From NCBI GenBank assembly GCA_902525735.1, contig CABZIF010000005.1, positions 25,919-89,918 on the forward strand: 64,000 nucleotides of DNA, read 5' to 3'. Below are positions 9,641 through 17,654 of this stretch, in pieces (position 1 is the stretch's first letter; each line of letters starts with the position of its first letter). The DNA is from an uncultured SAR86 cluster bacterium. Lineage in GTDB: Bacteria; Pseudomonadota; Gammaproteobacteria; Magnimaribacterales; AG-339-G14. A program made the position numbers and the translations under genes. The notes below the pieces were generated by a model. The model saw only the letters and a program-made list of their open reading frames with translations, was not told the DNA's origin and did no database searches.

Positions 9641-10711
9641 ATGCAATATTTGACCGATAATACCAGAATAACAGGCCTTTTGGAGGTCTCACCTCCTAAT
9701 GATGTTATATCAGAATTTCCTATTACACCGCCTGTTTCAGAGCTTGTTTTTAAATCAAGACAAAATATATCCGACATCATTCATGGTAGAGACGACAGGC
9801 TAGTTGTGGTTGTGGGTCCCTGTTCGATACATGATCCTAAAGCTGCAATTGAATACGCGAAAAAACTTAAAAATCTTGAATCGTCATTATCTTCAGAATT
9901 AAAGATTGTAATGAGAGTTTATTTTGAGAAACCTAGAACAACTGTTGGTTGGAAAGGTTTGATAAATGATCCAAATTTAGATGATAGTTACGATGTAAAT
10001 AAAGGGTTAAGAGAAGCAAGAAAAATTCTTTTGGATATTAATGAAATAGGCTTGCCAGCTGCTACAGAATACCTTGATATTATCACTCCTCAATATATTT
10101 CTGACTTAATATCGTGGGGCGCTATTGGTGCTAGAACTACAGAAAGTCAGGTCCATAGAGAGCTAGCTTCAGGTCTTTCTTGTCCCGTAGGTTTTAAAAA
10201 TTCTACAAATGGCACCATTCAAGTAGCGATAGATGCTATTGGCTCAGCCTCTCAGCCTCATATCTTTCTTTCCATAACAAAAGAAGGAAAATCTGCTATT
10301 TTTAACTCATCAGGCAACAAAGACTGTCATGTAATTTTGCGTGGTGGAAAAATTCCTAACTTTGAAAGTAAATTTATTAAAGAGACGACAAGTATTTTAG
10401 CTGAATCGGGAAATCCCACTGCTTTAATGGTAGACATGAGTCATGGAAATAGTCAGAAAAAATTTAAAAAACAGTTATTGGTCAATAAAGACATTGCTGA
10501 CCAAATTGCATCTGGTGAAAGATCAATTTTTGGAGTCATGATAGAAAGTCACTTAGTAGAAGGCAATCAATCTATAGGACCTAAAGAATCTTTAACTTAC
10601 GGACAGAGTATTACAGACGCCTGTGTCAGTTGGGAAGATACAGAAATAATGCTCAAGCTTTTATCTTCAGCGGTGAAATCTAGAAGAAAAAATCTAGAGG
10701 AAACTGCTTAA
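9641..10711 (+). CDS. aroG: 3-deoxy-7-phosphoheptulonate (DAHP) synthase, class I
   Basis: Long near-identical stretches to E. coli AroG: RLVVVVGPCSIHDP, MRVYFEKPRTTVGWKGLINDP, WGAIGARTTESQVHRELASGLSCPVGFKN. Isozyme specificity (F/G/H) cannot be determined. Confidence 0.93.
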   Translation: MQYLTDNTRITGLLEVSPPNDVISEFPITPPVSELVFKSRQNISDIIHGRDDRLVVVVGPCSIHDPKAAIEYAKKLKNLESSLSSELKIVMRVYFEKPRTTVGWKGLINDPNLDDSYDVNKGLREARKILLDINEIGLPAATEYLDIITPQYISDLISWGAIGARTTESQVHRELASGLSCPVGFKNSTNGTIQVAIDAIGSASQPHIFLSITKEGKSAIFNSSGNKDCHVILRGGKIPNFESKFIKETTSILAESGNPTALMVDMSHGNSQKKFKKQLLVNKDIADQIASGERSIFGVMIESHLVEGNQSIGPKESLTYGQSITDACVSWEDTEIMLKLLSSAVKSRRKNLEETA

Positions 10712-10712
10712 T

Positions 10713-11663
10713 ATGCCTAAAGATTCTAAGAATCTTTTTTTTTCTCCTGAAATTGCAGCATCTCTTGGATTAGAGGAAGCCATCATTTTTAATTTAATAA
10801 GTGATTCATCAATTGGAATTCCTCAGAAAAATTTAAATAGCGAATTAAGCTTTTTAAAAGAAAGAAGATTCAACGATGCGGTATCGAAATTATTAACCTT
10901 AGAGCTCATTGAAGAAATAGATTCAAAATTTATTTTAAAAAACAATCTTTCTTTAAAGTCAGAAACAAAAAATAAAATTGCTGTCGAAGATACAAAAATT
11001 TCAAAACAAGTTCTCAATCAAGCAAAGAGTCTCGGAATACCTGAGGAATTTATAAATTTCAAATATGAAATATTTTTTGACCCAAACAAAGCCTCATCAG
11101 AAGCAAATTTTAAAAACGAATTCAATTTCCTCAAGTATTTAATAAAAGAATGGCGACTTGAAGAGAAAAATAAAAAATTAGAAGCGGAAAAAGTATTGAT
11201 ACAAAAGGATTGGTTTCCATCTGAGGATGTAATTTCTATTTTAGAGACAACTGAAATGGATTCTAAATTTATTAATAAATGTATTCCTGAATTTATAGTT
11301 TATTGGCAAGAAAAACAGTTTAGATCTAATAATTGGAACTCCATCTTTATAAACCATGTTAGAAGACAGTGGGCAAGATATAAAAATATTATTGAAGACG
11401 ATGTTTCTCCAAAAAAAATGACAAACGATTGGGAGCCTAACCAAAACTGTTTGGATGTTTTAAAATTAGCAAGAATCGATGAAAGTTTTGCTAAAAATCA
11501 AATACCTGAATTTAAAGTATATTGGATTGATTCTAATCAGGTTATGACTTCATGGAATTCAAAATTTATACAACATGTGAAATTTAAGTGGTATAAAAAT
11601 AATTCAGAATCCTCAGGTATAATTTCAAGATTAACTGATAAAGATTGGGCAATTGAATACTAA
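10713..11663 (+). CDS. Protein with three tandem DnaT-like (primosomal ssDNA-binding type) repeats; phage replication-initiator-like
   Basis: Contains the internal repeats DWFPSEDV...IPEFIVYWQEKQFRSNNWNSIFINHVRRQW and DWEPNQNC...IPEFKVYWIDSNQVMTSWNSKFIQHVKFKW, plus a degenerate upstream copy. The pattern resembles the E. coli DnaT C-terminal domain (DWQP...[21 protein letters not shown]), recalled from memory. The ORF starts 1 nt after the aroG stop. Confidence 0.6.
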   Translation: MPKDSKNLFFSPEIAASLGLEEAIIFNLISDSSIGIPQKNLNSELSFLKERRFNDAVSKLLTLELIEEIDSKFILKNNLSLKSETKNKIAVEDTKISKQVLNQAKSLGIPEEFINFKYEIFFDPNKASSEANFKNEFNFLKYLIKEWRLEEKNKKLEAEKVLIQKDWFPSEDVISILETTEMDSKFINKCIPEFIVYWQEKQFRSNNWNSIFINHVRRQWARYKNIIEDDVSPKKMTNDWEPNQNCLDVLKLARIDESFAKNQIPEFKVYWIDSNQVMTSWNSKFIQHVKFKWYKNNSESSGIISRLTDKDWAIEY

Positions 11664-12231
11664 AATTAAGATACCTGACAATCCTATAGACCTTATAAAT
11701 GTTCTATTCACTCAGTTAGAGATTACTTATCACAATCAATTTCACAAAGCTTTTCCAGATTCAGATAGTCTCAAGTTAGCTAAACAGCTTTGGCTTAAAA
11801 AACTTTCATTATTTGAAAATGAAATTATCTTTAAAAGTATTGATAACATTATGAGTAATTCTGAATACCTGCCTTCATTAAGTTCTGTTCTTCAAAAATG
11901 CAAGGCTCTTACATTAAAAGCAAATAATATTCCAAGTCTTGAAAAAGCTTTTAAAGAAGCTTCGTCTTATTGTGATGCTCCTTCAGAACACAACTGGTCT
12001 CATCCTGTTGTCTATCATGCTGGTTTAGAGACAGGATGGTTCTTTTTACAAAATGAATCTGAGCAATCTGCATTGAAAGAGTTTAAAAATAAGTTTGATT
12101 TCTTAGTAAATGAGTGGCTTGAAGGAAAGAAATTTAAAAGTCCTGATGTTCCGAAATTGAAAAAAATAAATTCAAAACTTGATAAATCTCAACAATTAAA
12201 TTTTATAGAAAATCTAAAGAAAAATTTTTAA
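11653..12231 (+). CDS. Phage lambda P-like replication (helicase-loader family) protein
   Basis: 192 aa. It overlaps the upstream ORF by 11 nt, and only a TTG start is available. By eye it is collinear with lambda P: YLPSLSSVLQKC vs FLPSPGQFVAWC, and IPSLEKAFKEASSYC...NWSHPVVYHAG vs LPNVSELVDMVYEYC...PWKSNAHYWL. Confidence 0.5.
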   Translation: MNTKIKIPDNPIDLINVLFTQLEITYHNQFHKAFPDSDSLKLAKQLWLKKLSLFENEIIFKSIDNIMSNSEYLPSLSSVLQKCKALTLKANNIPSLEKAFKEASSYCDAPSEHNWSHPVVYHAGLETGWFFLQNESEQSALKEFKNKFDFLVNEWLEGKKFKSPDVPKLKKINSKLDKSQQLNFIENLKKNF

Positions 12232-12309
12232 ATTTAAGACACTTTCAAAAGTGATACAAAAATCTAATTCTTTCTTGATATAATTAAATTTGTTCCCATT
12301 ATTTACTAG

Positions 12310-13383
12310 ATGAAAAATAAATATTTCTTGATTATTAAGGAAGTTTTACTTACTCGATCAAATATCGAGTGGTCTGCTATGTTTCTTGGTTTTGCCTTGA
12401 TATGGATGGTATCAGGCACTTTGGTGAAAGAAGAAGAAATCATTGAAACCTATATAGATAAAGAATCAACTGTAAGAGTCATCGACCAAACCTCACAAAA
12501 CTTTACACGAGAAATTTTAATCAAAGGGTTTGCCGAAGCTGATAAGAAGGTTGAATTAAAAGCTGAAACTTCTGGAAGAGTAATAGCTTTGCCAATCAGA
12601 CAAGGTACAGAAGTTAAACAGGGGGATCCTATCTGTTCAATTTTTATGGCCGAAAAAGAATCTTTTTTTAAAAAAGCTGAACTCGAATATAAATCTGCCC
12701 AAAAACTTTTTGATGAAGGACTGTACTCTTCAAATCAATTTCAAAATATCAAATCTAATTTTGAAAGAGCTAAACTAGAACTCGATAATGCAACTATCAA
12801 GGCCCCTTTTGCAGGAATTGTAGATAGAATCCCCCTTGATGAAGGAGATTTTTTAACAAGAGGTTCAACCTGCGCGGTTTTGCTTGATCTTGATCCAATG
12901 ATTGTAAGCGGAGAAATTTCTGAAACTGATATTGGATTCATTAATATAGGATCTTCTGCAAAAGTTGAAACTTTGGACGGTAAATCTCATGAAGGTAAGG
13001 TGAGCTTTATTTCTTCGTCTGCAAATAGTAGAACGCATACATTTAGAGTAGAAGTCACTATAGAAAATAAAGATGGACTCATTAAAGATGGTTCTTCAGC
13101 AAGAATTTATCTTCCCGGTGAAAACCAACTTGCCAATTTAGTTCCTCTTTCAATTTTAAGGTTAGACGATGAGGGTGACTTAGGTATAAGAATCGTTGGT
13201 GATTCTGGAACTGTCCAATTTGTAAATGTGAATTTAATTCAGGATACTGAAAAAGGAGCATGGATCTCTGGCTTGCCAAGCAAATCAAGAATCATTACTG
13301 TTGGTCAAGATTATGTTAGTGACGGAGAGAAAGTAGAAGTTGCCATAGATGATCGCCTAATGTCAGATGAACGCATTAATTGA
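12310..13383 (+). CDS. RND efflux periplasmic adaptor (membrane fusion protein, HlyD family)
   Basis: N-terminal TM anchor, a lipoyl/hairpin pattern (KAETSGRVIALPIRQGTEVKQGDPI...IKAPFAGIVD), and a beta-barrel C-terminus. It overlaps the downstream RND pump. Confidence 0.85.
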   Translation: MKNKYFLIIKEVLLTRSNIEWSAMFLGFALIWMVSGTLVKEEEIIETYIDKESTVRVIDQTSQNFTREILIKGFAEADKKVELKAETSGRVIALPIRQGTEVKQGDPICSIFMAEKESFFKKAELEYKSAQKLFDEGLYSSNQFQNIKSNFERAKLELDNATIKAPFAGIVDRIPLDEGDFLTRGSTCAVLLDLDPMIVSGEISETDIGFINIGSSAKVETLDGKSHEGKVSFISSSANSRTHTFRVEVTIENKDGLIKDGSSARIYLPGENQLANLVPLSILRLDDEGDLGIRIVGDSGTVQFVNVNLIQDTEKGAWISGLPSKSRIITVGQDYVSDGEKVEVAIDDRLMSDERIN

Positions 13384-16300
13384 TTTTTTTGTAGACAGAT
13401 ATAAAGCAACGCTGACATTTCTTGCTTTAATAATTGTATGGGGGCTTTCATCTGTAGCCCTGATCCCTGCCTCCGCATACTCTGACATAAACATTCCTTA
13501 TGTTTTTGTTTCTACAGAGTATGAAGGCGCGTCTCCTGAAGATGTAGAAAGACTTATTACAAGACCATTGGAAGATCGTTTTAGGTCTTTAAGCGAAGTC
13601 AAAAGCATGCAATCTTGGAGTCGAGATGGTATGGGCTACCTTATTTTAGAGTTTCCTGATAGATATCCCAAAGAAGATGCTTTAGTGGATGTAAAAGACG
13701 CAATCGACGAAATTCTTCCGGATTTACCTGAAGAGTCTGAAAAGCCTTTTGTAAAGGAATTTTCTTTTGATGCTTTTCCTGTAATGAATCTTAATTTTAT
13801 ATCTGCTGCTTCGTCTGAAAGAGAATTAATACGCTTTGCAAAAGAAATGGCTACAGAAATTGAATCATTACCTGGAGTTTTGGAAGCTAGATTATCGGGA
13901 GCTCCAGATGAAGTGTTAGAAGCTATTGTAGATAAAACTAAATTGGATAGTTATCAAGCTTCGGCCTTGGATATTTATAATGCTATTCAACAAAATAATA
14001 GGGCAATTCCAGCAGGAAATATAATTTCTGGAACAGGAAAATTTTCTGTCATTGTTCCTTCAGTTTTTGAAACTGCTGAAGATGTAAAAAGAATCCCAAT
14101 TTTAGAAAGTGATAATGCTGTTGTTTCTTTAGACGATTTGGTTGAAGTCAAAAGAACTTTTAGAGACAAGGACTCTTTTTCTAGGGTTAACGGCCAGCCG
14201 TCTGCAACTATATCTATTTATAAAAAAACTGATGCAAGAGAAGTTGTTGTAGCAAATCAAATTTATAAGATCATTTCAGAATCTGATGAAATTCTTCCCC
14301 CAGATATCGACATTGTAATTACAGAAGACAGAACTCAGTATTCAGTAGAACTAATTAGTGAGATAGTTGGGAATACTTTAGCAGCCTTAATCTTGGTTGT
14401 TACCATTGTCGTAGCGGCAATGGGCTTAAGATCATCATCAATGGTAGCTTTGGCTATTCCTGCCTGCTTCCTTTTTGCATGTATTTTTCTAAATATCATT
14501 GAATACACCTTCAACTTTATGGTTTGCTTTGGTTTTTTAATTTCTCTAGGGATGTTGATAGACGGAAGCGTAGTAGTAGTTGAATATGCTGATCGAAAAA
14601 TGAGTGAAGGTTTAGATAGAGTTGAAGCTTATAAAAGATCTGCTAAAAGAATGTTTTGGCCTGTGATCATATCTATCGGAACTACTTTGGCAATCTTTTT
14701 TCCACTTCTATTTTGGGAAGGAATCTCAGGGCAGTTTATGAGGCCTATGATAACAACACTATTTTTAGTTTTGAGTGCCTCAATACTTTATGCTTTGGCT
14801 TTTACTCCTGCCATTGGTTCTATTTTTGGTAGTTTAGGTAGAAGAAATTTTAAAACACTTCAAAATTCTGCTTTGCTAGAAAATGGAGATCCAAAAACCT
14901 TAGACGGTTTTACTGGGAGATACGCTAGATTTTTAGATAAATTATTAGATAGACCTGGTTTTGTAATTTCTTTTTTACTTCTCACTGTAGTCACTATCTA
15001 CAGTATTTATGGCCAACATGGACCTGGCGGTTCCTTTTTTATCGAAGAAGATCCAGATACGATTATTGTTGAAGTTCAAGCTAGAGGTAATTTAAATGCT
15101 AATGAGACACTAGAGTATTTAAAAGAAGTAGAAAAAATTGTTTTAACAGTAGAGGGACCAGAAAGTGTTTTTTTAGAACAAGCTGGTTCAAATGATCCAA
15201 GAGATAGAGGAAATGCTGACTCCATTGGCAAAATTTATGTTGGGATGCCTTTTGATAGAGATTCATTAATTAAAACCGGTAGTGAGGTTTTAGACGAGCT
15301 TCAATACAAATTAAATGGTATTCCTGGCATCAAAATTGCTATCAGAGAAAGAGACAGCGGTCCTCCGTCTGATAACCCTATTGAAATTGATGTATTCGGA
15401 CCTGATAGCCAGATGGTTTATGAAGCAACTATTGCTTTAACAGAATACATAGACGAACAAGTTCCCGGAGCTAAAAACGTTTACAACACAATTCCAAGAG
15501 AACAACTTAAATGGAAGTTAAACATTGATAAGGAAAAAGCCTCGCAATTCGGAGTAACAACTAGTGAGATAGGCACTGCGATTCAATTTCTGACAGCTGG
15601 AGTAAAAGTTGGAGAATATCGTCCTACCGACTTAGATGAAGCAATCGATATTAGAGTCAGATTCCCTGAATCTCAAAGACGATTAGATTTATTTGATCAA
15701 CTAACTATTTCAACAAGATTTGGTTCTGTTCCACTTAGTAGTTTTGTTTCAGTTAACCCGTCTTATGAAGCCCCTGCAATTAGAAGAGTTGAAGGAGAAA
15801 GAGCTTTCACTATTGCAGCGGATTATGCCCCTGGTGCTTTAATTGAAGATGTATTGCCGAAAATAAATCAATGGATCTCGGATAATAACGAATACCAAAA
15901 ACTACAATTTGATTTTGGCGGACAAGCAGAACAAGCAGCTGATGATGCTGAATTTTTTCTTTTTGCGGCTGTCATTGGTCTTTTCCTCATGGCAATTCTA
16001 TTGATGATTCAATTAAATAGTTTTTATCAAGTTTGGATTGTGATATCTGCTGTATTTTTATCAACTGCTGGAGTTTATTTAGGACACCTGATCACTCAAT
16101 ATCCCATTAGTTTCCTTTTCACTAATCTTGGAATAATTGCTTTAGCTGGTATCGTCGTAAACAATAATATTGTTCTTGTCGATACGTATAACGTGTTGAG
16201 ACGTGAAAATATTGGTGCCTCTCAAAAAGATTTGATTGTGAGAACTGCTGCACAAAGAATTAGGCCAATAATTTTAACAACCGCTACAACAGTGGTAGGT

Positions 16301-16534
16301 CTGATGCCTCTGGCTATGGGTTTGGGGGTCGATCTGATTGCTAGAGATATTGGTGTCGGTGGTCGAGTGGTAGAATGGTGGTCACCACTTTCTTTTGCTG
16401 TCGTTTGGGGGCTAACTTTCGCTTCATTAATGACATTGGTTTTAACTCCTTGCTGGCTAATGTTGCCGACAAAAATTAAAGAATTGTATGCGGGACTTAA
16501 TTCTGTAAAATCAGAACCTAAATTAAATAATTAA
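13367..16534 (+). CDS. RND family efflux transporter permease (AcrB/AcrD/AcrF family)
   Basis: 1055 aa with the 12-TM, two-large-periplasmic-loop architecture typical of AcrB-type pumps. No outer-membrane factor gene is adjacent. Confidence 0.93.
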   Translation: MNALIDFFVDRYKATLTFLALIIVWGLSSVALIPASAYSDINIPYVFVSTEYEGASPEDVERLITRPLEDRFRSLSEVKSMQSWSRDGMGYLILEFPDRYPKEDALVDVKDAIDEILPDLPEESEKPFVKEFSFDAFPVMNLNFISAASSERELIRFAKEMATEIESLPGVLEARLSGAPDEVLEAIVDKTKLDSYQASALDIYNAIQQNNRAIPAGNIISGTGKFSVIVPSVFETAEDVKRIPILESDNAVVSLDDLVEVKRTFRDKDSFSRVNGQPSATISIYKKTDAREVVVANQIYKIISESDEILPPDIDIVITEDRTQYSVELISEIVGNTLAALILVVTIVVAAMGLRSSSMVALAIPACFLFACIFLNIIEYTFNFMVCFGFLISLGMLIDGSVVVVEYADRKMSEGLDRVEAYKRSAKRMFWPVIISIGTTLAIFFPLLFWEGISGQFMRPMITTLFLVLSASILYALAFTPAIGSIFGSLGRRNFKTLQNSALLENGDPKTLDGFTGRYARFLDKLLDRPGFVISFLLLTVVTIYSIYGQHGPGGSFFIEEDPDTIIVEVQARGNLNANETLEYLKEVEKIVLTVEGPESVFLEQAGSNDPRDRGNADSIGKIYVGMPFDRDSLIKTGSEVLDELQYKLNGIPGIKIAIRERDSGPPSDNPIEIDVFGPDSQMVYEATIALTEYIDEQVPGAKNVYNTIPREQLKWKLNIDKEKASQFGVTTSEIGTAIQFLTAGVKVGEYRPTDLDEAIDIRVRFPESQRRLDLFDQLTISTRFGSVPLSSFVSVNPSYEAPAIRRVEGERAFTIAADYAPGALIEDVLPKINQWISDNNEYQKLQFDFGGQAEQAADDAEFFLFAAVIGLFLMAILLMIQLNSFYQVWIVISAVFLSTAGVYLGHLITQYPISFLFTNLGIIALAGIVVNNNIVLVDTYNVLRRENIGASQKDLIVRTAAQRIRPIILTTATTVVGLMPLAMGLGVDLIARDIGVGGRVVEWWSPLSFAVVWGLTFASLMTLVLTPCWLMLPTKIKELYAGLNSVKSEPKLNN

Positions 16535-16536
16535 GT

Positions 16537-16767
16537 ATGGCTGAAAAAAGTAAAGATTTTGAATCGTCACTAGAAAAACTAGAAAAAATAGTTTCTGAGC
16601 TTGAAGAAGGAGACCTTCCGCTTGAAAAATCAATCAAAGCTTTTGAAGAAGGAATTAAATTAACTAGACACTGTCAAAAACTACTTACTGAAGCAGAACT
16701 AAAAATTGAAAAATTAGTTGATTCTGACGATGGGTCCTTTGATTTAGAATCTTTTGATGAAAACTAA
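16537..16767 (+). CDS. xseB: Exodeoxyribonuclease VII small subunit
   Basis: 76 aa with FESSLEKLEKIVSELEEGDLPLEKSIKAFEEGIKLTRHCQKLL. It is part of the conserved xseB-ispA-dxs operon. Confidence 0.9.
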   Translation: MAEKSKDFESSLEKLEKIVSELEEGDLPLEKSIKAFEEGIKLTRHCQKLLTEAELKIEKLVDSDDGSFDLESFDEN

Positions 16768-17653
16768 GGATGTTAATTTTCTAGAAGAAAACTTAACTAG
16801 AATAAATAAAGCTTTATTTAAAACCCTTCCTGAAAAAGATATTTCCAGAGTTACTGAAGCAATACATTATTCTGTGATGAATGGGGGGAAACGAATAAGA
16901 CCCCAGATTATTCTTTTGCTTTGTGAAATGCTCGAAGTTGAAATTGCAAGTGATAATGTCGATCTTATTGCTGCAGCAGGAGAACTAATTCATTGTTATT
17001 CTTTGATTCATGACGATTTACCTGCAATGGATGATGATGACTTCCGAAGGGGGAAATTAAGTTGCCACAAGCAGTTTGATGAAGCAACAGCTATCCTTGC
17101 AGGAGACGCAATACAACCTTTATCTTTAGAAGTATTAACTTCTTTAGAAGATCCAAATCTAGAAGCTAAAACTAAATTAGAAATCATCAATCTTTTTGCA
17201 AGAGCCTGCGGTCCTATGGGTATGGTTGAAGGACAAAATAGAGATATTCTTTCAGAAAATAGGGTTTTAACAGAAGAGGAATTAGACGAATTACACTATC
17301 TAAAAACAGGAAAATTAATTGAAGCTTGTGTTTTATGCGTTTGTTTGATGAAAAAAAATATAGATAAAGACTTAATAGAAAAACTTAAGATATTCTCAAA
17401 TAAATTTGGTCTAGCTTTTCAAATAAGAGATGATATTTTAGATGAAATTGGTGATGAGGAAACAATTGGAAAACCTGTAAAATCAGATTTAAAAAATAAT
17501 AAATCCACTTATCCATCTATTCTGGGCATTGAAGAATCTCAAAAAAAAGCTGAGCTTTTGATTGAAGAAGCGCTTTTAATTTTAGATAAACTTCCCTTCA
17601 ATACAGAAAAAATAAATGCGCTTTGTGAATTAGTCGTAAATAGAAAAAATTAA
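16754..17653 (+). CDS. ispA: (2E,6E)-farnesyl diphosphate synthase
   Basis: First Asp-rich motif LIHDDLPAMDDDDFRRG and second motif FQIRDDILD. Confidence 0.92.
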   Translation: MMKTKDVNFLEENLTRINKALFKTLPEKDISRVTEAIHYSVMNGGKRIRPQIILLLCEMLEVEIASDNVDLIAAAGELIHCYSLIHDDLPAMDDDDFRRGKLSCHKQFDEATAILAGDAIQPLSLEVLTSLEDPNLEAKTKLEIINLFARACGPMGMVEGQNRDILSENRVLTEEELDELHYLKTGKLIEACVLCVCLMKKNIDKDLIEKLKIFSNKFGLAFQIRDDILDEIGDEETIGKPVKSDLKNNKSTYPSILGIEESQKKAELLIEEALLILDKLPFNTEKINALCELVVNRKN

Positions 17654-17654
17654 G

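Noticed and set aside
10713-12231. Interpreting the DnaT-like / lambda-P-like pair as part of a prophage.
   Set aside because: No integrase, repressor, structural or lysis genes and no att-like repeats occur within the surrounding 10 kb. The genes are welded to aroG and followed by an RND pump. A minimal remnant cannot be fully excluded; see the finding.
12310-16534. The RND pair lacking an adjacent outer-membrane factor, as a possible novel two-component efflux system.
   Set aside because: Adaptor plus pump operons that use a distally encoded TolC-like channel are common, and nothing in the sequence indicates novelty.
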